A program made the position numbers and the translations under genes. A model generated the notes under the pieces. The model did not search any database. It was given only the letters and a program-made list of their open reading frames with translations, and was not told the DNA's origin. Positions 20,694 through 29,676 of a DNA stretch of 64,000 nt are shown one piece after another. Every line of letters starts with the position of its first letter. Position 1 is the stretch's first letter. The stretch covers positions 1 to 64,000 of the IMG/VR virus record IMGVR_UViG_3300017748_000003. One strand, written 5' to 3'. This DNA comes from a virus.

Positions 20694-21335
20694 TCAATGG
20701 CGGTTACGCCGCTTATGCCTAGTAGCCCTATTACGATCAGCACGGTTCTTATCTCTTTTCTTACGCATAGCCCTATCTCTATCCTCTTTCTTACCTCTAG
20801 CCATTTGAACCTTAAGCTTAACCGCAGCCCTAAGACGCTCAAATCCTGTAAAAAGCAGTTGAGTTTGTTCTTCGTCAAGCTCTTCACCCTCTTTCGTTAC
20901 AAAAGCTTCTCCGTGAGTAAAGACTGGATGATCAGTCCTATCTCTAAGTAATAACCCTCCCTTAGTAACATGGTTAACCGCAGTCTCAGACTTGTTCCTT
21001 ACTAACTTCTGATACTCTTCCAAAGACGGGGCATACCATTCATGTGTTATATCGTCCACATCATACTCACCAACCTTTACGGTATAAAAACTAGATAACA
21101 TATAACCATCACACACTAATGCCTCAGTTCCGTGCATATTAAGAAGTTTAGATGACTTCTTTTGGCAAGGTATAGCTGGCTGAGAAGATCCGTCAGCACA
21201 ATCAACGGTATAAGTAATATCCCCGCACTTACTACAGATGTAAGCATTAACTCTAGGAGCCAGCCTAGAATGCTTAATAGTATTAATATTCTTAATCCTA
21301 CTAGATAACCTAGCTATCCTATCTTCTGCAATCAT
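20694..21335 (-). CDS. Hypothetical protein with Cys motif and Arg-rich C-terminus
   Basis: CSKC plus further Cys; 213 aa. Confidence 0.7.
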   Translation of the reverse strand: MIAEDRIARLSSRIKNINTIKHSRLAPRVNAYICSKCGDITYTVDCADGSSQPAIPCQKKSSKLLNMHGTEALVCDGYMLSSFYTVKVGEYDVDDITHEWYAPSLEEYQKLVRNKSETAVNHVTKGGLLLRDRTDHPVFTHGEAFVTKEGEELDEEQTQLLFTGFERLRAAVKLKVQMARGKKEDRDRAMRKKRDKNRADRNRATRHKRRNRH

Positions 21336-21336
21336 A

Positions 21337-21582
21337 CTACTGACTAATCAGCATCTCTCTAAAAGAGTAATCAGAATGAAATTTCTGACCACGGCCCATA
21401 AGAACACCTTCTTTAAACTGATAGCTTTTACCACTAATCAGATGAATCTCCATCGGGTCGTATAGTGCTGAGTTGTTCAAGGTATCTCTGTTTTCTGCCC
21501 AAGAGCCTCTTGATACGCAGCTTGCCAGCAGCGTCAGAGGAGTAAGCAGCAATAGAATCAATTTCGTCTTCGATGTCATCAA
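21337..21582 (-). CDS. Lipoprotein, putative o-spanin (Rz1-like)
   Basis: Basic N-terminus, Leu-rich h-region, lipobox LAS|C; starts inside the upstream ORF in another frame. Confidence 0.6.
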   Translation of the reverse strand: MMTSKTKLILLLLTPLTLLASCVSRGSWAENRDTLNNSALYDPMEIHLISGKSYQFKEGVLMGRGQKFHSDYSFREMLISQ

Positions 21583-21676
21583 TGTAGGTCTCTCTTTTCC
21601 ATTGTATATGAGCAGCGTAAGCCTTAAATGCGGCTGTCGCTGCGGTTAATGCAGACTTTACTATTCCCATCATCAT
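21434..21676 (-). CDS. Putative i-spanin (Rz-like)
   Basis: N-terminal Ala-rich hydrophobic segment then a charged helix; overlaps the lipoprotein gene by ~150 nt. Confidence 0.5.
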   Translation of the reverse strand: MMMGIVKSALTAATAAFKAYAAHIQWKRETYIDDIEDEIDSIAAYSSDAAGKLRIKRLLGRKQRYLEQLSTIRPDGDSSD

Positions 21677-22236
21677 AGAGAAGCAGAGTCCTTTTTAAAC
21701 TTAGCTTGAACCTTATCCTCTAGCAGCAAGATAAAATCATCCCCACCAACCCTGTAGTGCGTTCCCTGTGTTCTAGACACGAATACATAATCTCCGTTAT
21801 CAATTATTTCACAGTCATCAGACACCCCAACTACCACTCCGAACTCTTGTGTCTGCTTGCTACCCTCCGGCAACCAAAGCAAGCCCTTCTTCTCATCAGG
21901 AGGTAACATCCTCACTACTATTCTTCTATTAACGGGAACTATAGAGTCTTCAGTAGGTAGAAAAGCTAGAATATCGCTCTCCTTAACAATAACATAACCT
22001 TCTCCAAGGTCTTGCCCTCCGAACTTTTCTAAAAGAACTCTATCGTCTTGTTGAACTTGCCAAGGATAATCTCCCTCAGGCCATCCTGTCCCAAGCCGAA
22101 CAACAGTAGCCTCTGGTGAACGTTCTGCGTTAGTATATGCGAGATGTATTCCTCCCTTAGTTTGTGTCTTAGCGTCATCCATTTTAAGGACAACCTTATC
22201 TCCAAGGGGTGTTAGTTTTTTTGGATCAATAGTCAT
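21673..22236 (-). CDS. groES: Co-chaperonin with two tandem GroES domains
   Basis: Domain 1 'LTPLGDKVVL..TKGGIHL..VVRLGTG..DRVLLEKFGG..IVKESDILA'; domain 2 'PVNRRIVV..KGLLWLP..GVVVGV..GDYVFV..ILLLEDKVQA'. Confidence 0.88.
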   Translation of the reverse strand: MTIDPKKLTPLGDKVVLKMDDAKTQTKGGIHLAYTNAERSPEATVVRLGTGWPEGDYPWQVQQDDRVLLEKFGGQDLGEGYVIVKESDILAFLPTEDSIVPVNRRIVVRMLPPDEKKGLLWLPEGSKQTQEFGVVVGVSDDCEIIDNGDYVFVSRTQGTHYRVGGDDFILLLEDKVQAKFKKDSASL

Positions 22237-22329
22237 TAGTAGTTTGCTCTCTAGGTTAAAAATCGCCTCACCGAGAAGGGAGCGTTAGTATTGTAGTTAA
22301 TCATAAGTAATTGTCCAGAACTTTTGCAA

Positions 22330-22902
22330 TCAAGATAAATCAATAGATCTACGTCCAGTTCTTCTCCCAGACAGAACTATCATCTTCAAAGTCTCCTTCT
22401 CTTTAGGAGGAGCAACATCAATCTCCATAACACCTGACCCGTCACATTTAGGGCATCTCTCAAGATCAATAAAATCAGAATCTCTCTTCTCAATCCGACC
22501 AGTGCCTGAGCACTCAGCGCAAGGAACCTGCATTTTCGTAGCATGGCTATCTACCTGAGCATCCAGAAAAACCAGTATGCATACCTCAGCCTTAGCCTCC
22601 CTGTCTACCTGACTATAAGAACGATAATCTACTGCGAACTGAGCCTCTATGTCCCTGAGTAAATAATCAACTGCGCGAATAGCGGTAGTCCCTAAATCCA
22701 CAGCGCACTTAGCGGATTCGTCAGGCAAGATATGACTACCTTCCTCCAAAACGTAAAACGCTATCCTAAACGCACGCTCACCTATCTGCTCATAACTCTT
22801 AATGGTCACAGCGGGAACATCTACAGAGAACATATAGTTAAGCTTATCAACAATCCCTGCGCTAACTTCAGCAGCAGACATTTCGTTAGTAAGTGTTCTC
22901 AT
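22330..22902 (-). CDS. Hypothetical protein with DnaJ-type zinc-finger repeats
   Basis: CAECSGTG and CPKCDGSG (CxxCxGxG twice). Confidence 0.7.
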   Translation of the reverse strand: MRTLTNEMSAAEVSAGIVDKLNYMFSVDVPAVTIKSYEQIGERAFRIAFYVLEEGSHILPDESAKCAVDLGTTAIRAVDYLLRDIEAQFAVDYRSYSQVDREAKAEVCILVFLDAQVDSHATKMQVPCAECSGTGRIEKRDSDFIDLERCPKCDGSGVMEIDVAPPKEKETLKMIVLSGRRTGRRSIDLS

Positions 22903-23096
22903 GGGCTAAGAAATCCTAAGTCTATTCCAAGTGCCTTCCTAACCTCATTTACGAACACGCCCCATTCCACGCATCTTGGATTGTTCCTCTCCCAAGTAAC
23001 GAGAGGGCTGCTACCCGTATCAGTAGTAACGAATACGATACCCTCAATGGAGTTTACTAAGACTTTAAAGCCAGATATATGATGCTCTTCGCTCAT
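22899..23096 (-). CDS. Hypothetical protein
   Basis: ATG at 23096 (MSEEHH) avoids overlap with the ligase; ATGA coupling to the next gene. Confidence 0.6.
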   Translation of the reverse strand: MSEEHHISGFKVLVNSIEGIVFVTTDTGSSPLVTWERNNPRCVEWGVFVNEVRKALGIDLGFLSP

Positions 23097-23118
23097 TACC
23101 TTAATTTTGCACGGCGTG

Positions 23119-23955
23119 CTATTTATGGCAAGGCCATACACACTCCTCTGGGCGTTTATCTTCACGCCACCTAATCTGACTATCCACTCCACGCACCGCA
23201 TTAGGATGTCGCATAGATCCAGAGTCAAATATATGCCAGCCTTTCACCTCCAGCACCCTACCCTTAAACTCGTCAAAATTCTCAAATATATACCTCCCCT
23301 CAATATCAGTAAACCCCCCGCCAACCTTTACCTTACTCACAAGCTCCCCTTCTTCGTAAAGGCCGCACAGCAGATTACCCACCATTCCCTTACGCCTACC
23401 CCCACCTTCATTCACCCCCATAACAACGTAGTCCATCGTAAACACCTGCTTACGCCTCCACACCGTAGAGCCTATGTAAGCCTCCTTACTGTTCTTCCAG
23501 ACCAAACCCTCTGCATCCCCATTCTCCACGTATTCGTCCCACAGAGCTTCGGAACGATCAGCAGGGTAATGCTCAGCCATCTTAAGAAAAGAGCAGCCGG
23601 AAATACATTTCTCAGCCATCATCTTCCTATCCACGCAACTATTCAAATACACATCCTGACATCCTACAGAAATACAATCAAACACCTTAACCACTCCGGT
23701 ATCTCCGTCTGCCCCTTCAACCGCTCTCTGAGTCCCAACCAGATACTCTCCGATATACACTCCATCCAAAGCCTTAACCTCTTTCTCAGCTTTCAACTGA
23801 CCTTGACGAGAAAAAACCTGAGCAACCCCACTTCTAACCACAACCCTAGCCCACCACCCATCATACTTAATCTCTACAATGTCAGCACCCCTAGCAACAG
23901 CAGTCTCGTGGTCCTCCACATTCACATACTTTTGAATCCTCTTTGTAAAATCCAT
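23119..23955 (-). CDS. ATP-dependent DNA ligase (minimal adenylation plus OB domains)
   Basis: Motif I EIKYDG, 'FSRQG', 'YIGE', 'VFD', 'EGLVWK', 'KVGGGFT', 'MRHP', 'WREDK'. Confidence 0.92.
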   Translation of the reverse strand: MDFTKRIQKYVNVEDHETAVARGADIVEIKYDGWWARVVVRSGVAQVFSRQGQLKAEKEVKALDGVYIGEYLVGTQRAVEGADGDTGVVKVFDCISVGCQDVYLNSCVDRKMMAEKCISGCSFLKMAEHYPADRSEALWDEYVENGDAEGLVWKNSKEAYIGSTVWRRKQVFTMDYVVMGVNEGGGRRKGMVGNLLCGLYEEGELVSKVKVGGGFTDIEGRYIFENFDEFKGRVLEVKGWHIFDSGSMRHPNAVRGVDSQIRWREDKRPEECVWPCHK

Positions 23956-23971
23956 ATACTGCTAGATTAGA

Positions 23972-24154
23972 CTAAGACGTAGAATGAGTAAACCCGCCAG
24001 TTCTCCTCAGATAACGATGCGTCACCAAGTCTCTAAGCTTAACATCATAACCCGCCTCGATAAGGCGAACAGCTACTTCCCTCTTCTCATCCCTAGGAAT
24101 ATCCTCCTTAAGACGAGCGAACAACGATTTTGCTATATCTTCTTCCATTACCAT
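23972..24154 (-). CDS. Hypothetical protein
   Basis: 60 aa, coupled to neighbours. Confidence 0.55.
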   Translation of the reverse strand: MVMEEDIAKSLFARLKEDIPRDEKREVAVRLIEAGYDVKLRDLVTHRYLRRTGGFTHSTS

Positions 24155-24417
24155 ACACTTAGCGATATTCCGATATTAGACTGCACTACAACGTCGAAAC
24201 CGTTTTCTACAAGAAACTCAGCACGCTCCATAGCATCCTCCAAGGTGTGCTTATATGAGAGAGGGGAAAACCCAGCATCTAACATCATCCTATGAGTAGA
24301 TCGGAACCACTCTCTCTTATCCTTACCCTCCCTAACCACCTTTGGGATTAGCCGATAGGAGAGGTATTCTCCCTTATCAGGATCAGGCTTATACTCAGTC
24401 AAATCGCATTCAATCAT
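24148..24417 (-). CDS. Hypothetical protein (near-leaderless)
   Basis: ATG 8 nt after the -10 of the promoter at 24426-24453. Confidence 0.7.
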   Translation of the reverse strand: MIECDLTEYKPDPDKGEYLSYRLIPKVVREGKDKREWFRSTHRMMLDAGFSPLSYKHTLEDAMERAEFLVENGFDVVVQSNIGISLSVW

Positions 24418-24425
24418 AACAAGAC

Positions 24426-24453
24426 ACTATAGCACAGAATAGAATATTTGCAA
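24426..24453 (-). promoter_or_regulatory. Conserved phage promoter copy (TTGCAA-N16-TATAGT)
   Basis: One of 15 copies; sigma70-like -35/-10 with TGTGC before the -10. Confidence 0.8.
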
Positions 24454-24926
24454 GCAAAAAACATATAACTATCCAAATTTATTATTGCACGAACGTGCAA
24501 ACTGTCGTTAAGGCAACCCACAAATGACAAGGGGGAAACCCAGCGGAATGGAAGAGGGTATAGGCGAGCGTAGCGAAGCCGACGCGCGACACACTACTCA
24601 CCCAATAACCTTCCACGATACCCCACACAGACCAGACCACGCCGACAATCAATTAAAACAATACCCAAATCTTTATTCGCTATCTATAACCCTGTTTGTT
24701 TGCAATACTATAAAAAACCAACATAAATACCCCACGGGACAAACTCTGTTCAGAGCCGGGGGGCACCAGGGAATTTAACCCCCCACCCCCCTCTGTTGAG
24801 GACGGGCTACACTAAGAGAGTAAAGCCCTACGCCAACCCTCCAAAGCTACGACAAGGAGCCTACCACCTCACGGTGTTATCACCAGCGCACTACGGGCAG
24901 AACCGTAAGAGTGTGTAAGCGGACGC

Positions 24927-24963
24927 AAAGAGACCCTCTAACCTACGAGAAGCAAGAGGGTCT
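24927..24963 (-). terminator. Probable intrinsic terminator ending the small-gene island
   Basis: AGACCCTCT/AGAGGGTCT stem followed by CTTT. Confidence 0.55.
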
Positions 24964-25008
24964 ACTCTGTTGTGTTAATACTGTGTAGCGGGGCTAAGGC
25001 CCACCGCG

Positions 25009-25227
25009 CTAGTCTTCGTCCGCGAACCAAGAGCCAAAGCTAACCTCTAGGGAGAAGTTACGTTCTGCTGTAATGCTCTTAGGGAATGTCTCCGCTAGGA
25101 GTTCTCGAAAGACTTGGTTTGCGCGTGCCACAGCGTCAGGTCTGTCGGTTGCCCTAACGAAGAAGGTAGTGTAACGCTGGCCGCTTGACTTTATGATTGA
25201 GCTAACTGTATACCAATGCTTGTCCAT
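25009..25227 (-). CDS. Small hypothetical (putative early) protein
   Basis: 72 aa in the promoter-cassette island. Confidence 0.65.
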   Translation of the reverse strand: MDKHWYTVSSIIKSSGQRYTTFFVRATDRPDAVARANQVFRELLAETFPKSITAERNFSLEVSFGSWFADED

Positions 25228-25230
25228 ATT

Positions 25231-25509
25231 TTATTCTCCTGTAAAGCGGCTAATAGGTAGGGCGTAGACTCTCTTGGACTTGGCCCATGCCCCGCCCTCC
25301 GATGATAGCGAGTCGTAGCAGTCAAATAGGTTGTCGAACTCATACTCAAGTCTAAGGATCTCAACCTTCCCCTCATTATCTCCCCACTGTTCAACGTAGT
25401 CCTCTACTCCGTATTCGGCCACGAGCGCGATGCACTCCTTCTTAGTCCTAGCGCGGACGCTGTAGCAATCTTCTGCGCAGTGTTCTGCTTTCCAAACTAT
25501 TAACTTCAT
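25231..25509 (-). CDS. Small hypothetical (putative early) protein
   Basis: 92 aa, 'YSVRARTKKEC' motif. Confidence 0.7.
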   Translation of the reverse strand: MKLIVWKAEHCAEDCYSVRARTKKECIALVAEYGVEDYVEQWGDNEGKVEILRLEYEFDNLFDCYDSLSSEGGAWAKSKRVYALPISRFTGE

Positions 25510-25529
25510 AGTCTTATCCTTTCTACTGG

Positions 25530-25652
25530 CTACCCTGCTGCGTTAAGGATGATGTAATGCTTACCGACCCATGCGGCAAACAGTCCAGCCGCGATTAGCA
25601 CGGCACTAATGATGATGAATGTCTTGGTGATCTCTAATAGGATGTTTTTCAT
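25530..25652 (-). CDS. 40 aa single-TM membrane protein
   Basis: ATG 8 nt after the promoter -10; hydrophobic FIIISAVLIAAGLFAAWV. Confidence 0.65.
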   Translation of the reverse strand: MKNILLEITKTFIIISAVLIAAGLFAAWVGKHYIILNAAG

Positions 25653-25731
25653 AACACCCAAGTATAGCTCACCCACGAACATTTGCAAGCAATAAATGCA
25701 TATTTTTTTTAACTTTCTTTGCACGGCGTGC

Positions 25732-25758
25732 AAAAGGGAGGACCGCTAAGCCCTCCCT
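25732..25758 (-). terminator. Intrinsic terminator
   Basis: GGGAGGGC/GTCCTCCC stem plus TTTT. Confidence 0.65.
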
Positions 25759-25790
25759 CTAGTCTCCCACTCGGGGTTTGCGTTCCCAGC

Positions 25791-26015
25791 CTACAGTAGG
25801 CCCTCCTCTGCCATCTGCTCTACCGATGGTAGGGTCGCTGCATACTTCTGTAAGTCTGAGATAATGTCTTCTAGGATTTCTCTGTAATGCTGAGAATCCA
25901 AAGCTGACCTGCTGTTAAACTCTACCGTCCGGTCAATCTCCTCCTTAATCATTCTGTGAAGGACATCGGAGTAAGCCTTGTTTAAGTATTCTTCTGTTTG
26001 GGTAATTTGATTCAT
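25791..26015 (-). CDS. Small hypothetical protein
   Basis: 74 aa, acidic, helical. Confidence 0.65.
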   Translation of the reverse strand: MNQITQTEEYLNKAYSDVLHRMIKEEIDRTVEFNSRSALDSQHYREILEDIISDLQKYAATLPSVEQMAEEGLL

Positions 26016-26072
26016 GGCTTGGATGGGTTTGCATAGCCCTCCCGCCGTAACGGGAGAGCATCTGCGCTTGTG

Positions 26073-26282
26073 TTATGAAAACAGATTCTCTTCGTCTTCG
26101 ATTGCCATTGCTCCGGCGGCGAACGTTGCCACGCCCGGGTGGAGGAACTCATCCTCCATCCACTCTAGGTCTTCCGCGCTACTGCTCTCAGCATAACGCC
26201 CGTGTTGAAGGGCTAACCCGATTGACTCGGCCATTGGCTTGTGGGTCTCGACCCCTGATGTGATTTGATCTAATAGATTCAT
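26073..26282 (-). CDS. Small acidic hypothetical protein
   Basis: ATG at 26282 (MNLLDQ) downstream of promoter 26337-26364. Confidence 0.65.
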   Translation of the reverse strand: MNLLDQITSGVETHKPMAESIGLALQHGRYAESSSAEDLEWMEDEFLHPGVATFAAGAMAIEDEENLFS

Positions 26283-26494
26283 TTGGTTTGTATTGGTCTG
26301 TGGTTGTGGCAAGCGCAACCTGCGCTCACCTATAAAAGTATAACTCAGGAATGATTCTTTGCAAGTAATAAATGCATATTTTTTTCAGCTAATAAATTCT
26401 CTAGCGATTCCCTTGAGGTGAAAGACGATCTGACTAAACCTCCTCCTTACGACGCACATTAAGATGCAGCCAAGGTGCAGCGTAATTCTTGCTG

Positions 26495-26671
26495 TCATAG
26501 TAAGATAAGACCGTCAGTGTTGTGGCCCTTGCGCCTCGCTTTCTTAACGACGGATGCTAAGACCTTTCGGATTTGGTAAGGCGACGGATTGCGCTTCCGC
26601 ATCTCGGTCCGTATAAAATTCATCGCCTCCCGCTGATCGGGAGGTAGATGGTCATTCGGGTTAGGCTTCAT
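26495..26671 (-). CDS. Small basic hypothetical protein (58 aa, below ORF-track cut-off)
   Basis: Manual translation MKPNPNDHLPPDQREAMNFIRTEMRKR...; overlaps the stop of the upstream gene. Confidence 0.45.
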   Translation of the reverse strand: MKPNPNDHLPPDQREAMNFIRTEMRKRNPSPYQIRKVLASVVKKARRKGHNTDGLILL

Positions 26672-26873
26672 TGAGCAGATTTATCACGGATCTAATGAGA
26701 CGCGCATTCATCGCGTGCACGGATTTAGAGTATTCGTCTACGTTGCAAGCACCGGCCCACTGAGCCGACCGCAGCAGTAAACTCTCTAGGGCTTCAATGT
26801 CTCGATCTTCTGATGCTCGCGCCACTAATCCCGTAAAAACGGGCGTATCCATATATTGGTTTTCGTTTTTCAT
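26661..26873 (-). CDS. Small hypothetical protein (near-leaderless)
   Basis: ATG 8 nt after the promoter -10. Confidence 0.65.
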   Translation of the reverse strand: MKNENQYMDTPVFTGLVARASEDRDIEALESLLLRSAQWAGACNVDEYSKSVHAMNARLIRSVINLLNEA

Positions 26874-26936
26874 AACACCACAGCATAGCTCAGCTATGAT
26901 TCTTTGCAAGTAAATAATACATATTTTTTTCGGAAA

Positions 26937-27170
26937 TCAGGCAAACTCAGTCCATTCGGACACCCACTCAGACTCAGAAATCTGCTTCCACTTCTTCCCA
27001 GGATCAAGATCGAGCGTAGGATAAAGCGGCGAAGTGTCGATCAAATCCCAAGGCTCGGTCGAAATCTCCGGGCCAGTATATACAGCGACGACCTCTCGGC
27101 CATCCTTGCCGTAGTCCAACATCAGGGCGGAAGAATCCAGCCCAGCGACATAATGATATCTTGTTTTCAT
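26937..27170 (-). CDS. Small hypothetical protein (near-leaderless)
   Basis: ATG 8 nt after the promoter -10. Confidence 0.65.
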   Translation of the reverse strand: MKTRYHYVAGLDSSALMLDYGKDGREVVAVYTGPEISTEPWDLIDTSPLYPTLDLDPGKKWKQISESEWVSEWTEFA

Positions 27171-27449
27171 AACACCCAAGTATAGCTCAGGAATGATTCT
27201 TTGCAAGTAAATAATGCATATTTTTTTGCACGACCGGCAAAATGGGCAAAAACCTTCATTTCGCCCCTAATCCATCCTAAAGCTTTTCAAGGGTCCCCAC
27301 AGCGGAGAGGGTCCCGGACGCGCCTACGGCCCTCCTGTGGCCCGTTTCTATGTCAGCATTAATGTAGGCATTTTCATACGCTAGCGTTGCGTCCCAGTAA
27401 CAAGTCACCCCCATAATATAGCTCAGTATCGTTTATTTGCAAACTTTTA

Positions 27450-28200
27450 TTTTGGCGCGATCGCGGCGGTCAATCTAGACTAATCTGCCGCTCGGGTCTC
27501 CAATTAGGTCGGCCCCATTTATCGGTGCGCGTTAGTCCCGGTTAGGTTGCGCCGCTTAGCTTGGCCTTAGTCCGTGGCCTTAGTCGGCGGTTAGGTTGTG
27601 GCCTAAACATTTGCACGGTCGGGCAAACGGTTGGTGCGGCGGTAAGACGGAGGCTAGTGTTGTGAGTTGTCTTATCGGTAAAGCAGACAGTCAGCTTAGT
27701 GTGTTAGCCGAGGTAGAGTTAGTGTGTTGTCGGAGCGTAGAGTTGGCTGTTGTTTTCTTTAGCGGTGCATATCTTATGCTCGGTCTTGCACGAACGTGCA
27801 TCTTCGACTTGGCTAAATCCTTTGTATCAACGACTTACATAATCCTTCAATTATCTCTTATATTCTGTCTTGTCTTATGTCTTGTATGGGGTTTTAAGTT
27901 GTCCCTGCCGCAGACCTAATCCTTAGTATTACTCTTCCTCTAAAGGGGAAACCTTGTCCTTATACCTGCCGCAAATCTGTTAAGTTATCTCTTAGATTAT
28001 CCTAAATCTAAATCCTTCACGCAAAGGTAAACCGCAATCGTTAAGTAAATCCTAAGATATTTAAGTTACATATTGACTTGGGTATTAGTGTTACCACAGG
28101 CTTGCCGCAAAGCTAAGCTCTCTTGCCGCACCTAACGCGCCGTAATACATAAGCAGGGATTACCACGGCGGATTATATGATCGGCGCGTCTAAAGCGATC
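27450..28200. other. Non-coding block with short repeats and an IHF-like site; candidate terminus/packaging or origin region
   Basis: No credible ORF; TTAG-rich repeats at 27530-27600; TGCCGCA four times; WATCAANNNNTTR match at 27825-27837. Confidence 0.4.
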
Positions 28201-28413
28201 TTACGAAGAGATAACCTCCGTTTTGAGGAAGCCGTGAATTGGATTCTCAAAGGCGTGGTCGAACTGGTAAATCTCGTCAAACCCGTATAGGACGGTCGCA
28301 TCAACGAACTCGGTGTCATCTCGATCCACTACGATCAGGTCGTAACCTGCAAGCATCGCCCCCTTAAAAGTCTTCGGGTCAATCTGGGTAAAAGTGTTTT
28401 TGAAGGTAGTCAT
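28201..28413 (-). CDS. Small hypothetical protein
   Basis: 70 aa. Confidence 0.65.
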   Translation of the reverse strand: MTTFKNTFTQIDPKTFKGAMLAGYDLIVVDRDDTEFVDATVLYGFDEIYQFDHAFENPIHGFLKTEVISS

Positions 28414-28449
28414 TATGTTGTTGGATTCTCGGTTTGCACGGTGTGCGAA

Positions 28450-28767
28450 TTATCTAGTAGCATACATTCCATCTTCAAATACGATTGGGTCAGACCCATC
28501 ACGCTCCAGATACCACTCCCAATCTCGCTGGTATAAAGAACATTCCGCTGGCATATACTGATTAATGCGAGCTTTGGTGGTAACTGTTCTCCAGCCTCCA
28601 CTGTCTAGGATAACAGAACCGTCAGGGCGGTAAGTAACTATGTCAGTTCTGTGTAGACGCACTGCAATCTCTCCTCCCGGTCTGCGCTGTAAGTAGGTGT
28701 TATTTCCAATCCTTCGGGATTCATGGCATCTTCCAGTAAGAAGCTCGTTAGCTTTAGTGTAGTTCAT
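28450..28767 (-). CDS. Phage hypothetical protein
   Basis: ATG at 28767; 'IAVRLHRTDIV...LDSGGWRTVTTKARIN' resembles a motif recurring in phage proteins. Confidence 0.75.
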   Translation of the reverse strand: MNYTKANELLTGRCHESRRIGNNTYLQRRPGGEIAVRLHRTDIVTYRPDGSVILDSGGWRTVTTKARINQYMPAECSLYQRDWEWYLERDGSDPIVFEDGMYATR

Positions 28768-28808
28768 ATTGTGTATTGGTAGTAGGTGTTTATCTGTAAC
28801 TATTTGGC

Positions 28809-29189
28809 TTACCCTATGTAAGCCAGCGTCTCCAAGCGGCTTGAATCTCTTATCGTCGTTGACGGCTGAGCGTTCATGCACTCCCAGGAAAATGTAACTC
28901 TAGCATTATCGACCATCGGATTCTCGTGGAACGGGTCGCTAGTGTGATTGCGTCTGCGGAACGTAAGAAGGTTAGACCCTCGATGCCCTAGCAGTAAATC
29001 TGCTGAAACCATGTCCAACTCAAAGCCCCAAGAGTGCAGATGCTCATTAAGCCGGTTCAATGCCCTTCCGAAGCTGCCCTCACGGTCGTTACCGTTAAGG
29101 ACTGCATCATCTGCGAACAGTCTGTTAAGCTCACGGCGTTCTTCGGAGTAAAGGCGGGCTGGCTGGTTTGGTAAAGTGTTTTCAGTCAT
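28809..29189 (-). CDS. Hypothetical protein (near-leaderless)
   Basis: ATG 9 nt after the promoter -10. Confidence 0.7.
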   Translation of the reverse strand: MTENTLPNQPARLYSEERRELNRLFADDAVLNGNDREGSFGRALNRLNEHLHSWGFELDMVSADLLLGHRGSNLLTFRRRNHTSDPFHENPMVDNARVTFSWECMNAQPSTTIRDSSRLETLAYIG

Positions 29190-29202
29190 AACAAGATCAC
29201 TA

Positions 29203-29673
29203 TAGCTCAAGAATGATTATTTGCAAGCAATAAATATCTAAAAGTTAAACTTTTTGAACGGTGTGCAAATATCAGGCATTTATTTCAGCCTCCCATACCG
29301 CAGGTTCCACAATCGCCTCCATCTTACGATTAACCCAATTACGAATCCACCGTGGCAAATCATCGGCATTCTTAACAATCCAATCAATTAGTCGATTAGA
29401 GTGCGATGCACCCTCTACCGTAATTGAACGAACGTCAGAAACTTCAACCATGTGAAATCCAGGGTAGCCAGATCCATCACGGTAGTAACGAACCATACCC
29501 TCGTGAATAATGCAGATGTCAATATCAGCTTCGGCTTCGATAGTCCATCCATCTTCCTCTACGGTAAGGCAGTGACTAATTGTATCGTGTGCAGTGTAAT
29601 CTCTCATAACAATATAACCATAGCTCAGGAATGATTATTTGCAAGCAATAAATATCTAAAAGTTAAACTTTTT
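29203..29673. repeat. 53-bp direct repeat (29203-29255 and 29621-29673) flanking one gene
   Basis: tagctcaRgaatgattatttgcaagcaataaatatctaaaagttaaacttttt, one mismatch. Confidence 0.9.
29272..29607 (-). CDS. Hypothetical protein (near-leaderless)
   Basis: ATG 9 nt after the promoter -10. Confidence 0.7.
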   Translation of the reverse strand: MRDYTAHDTISHCLTVEEDGWTIEAEADIDICIIHEGMVRYYRDGSGYPGFHMVEVSDVRSITVEGASHSNRLIDWIVKNADDLPRWIRNWVNRKMEAIVEPAVWEAEINA

Positions 29674-29676
29674 AGC

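Noticed and set aside
23107-23970. 287 aa plus-strand ORF
   Set aside because: Antisense to the DNA ligase; His/Pro/Leu-rich artefact of strand skew
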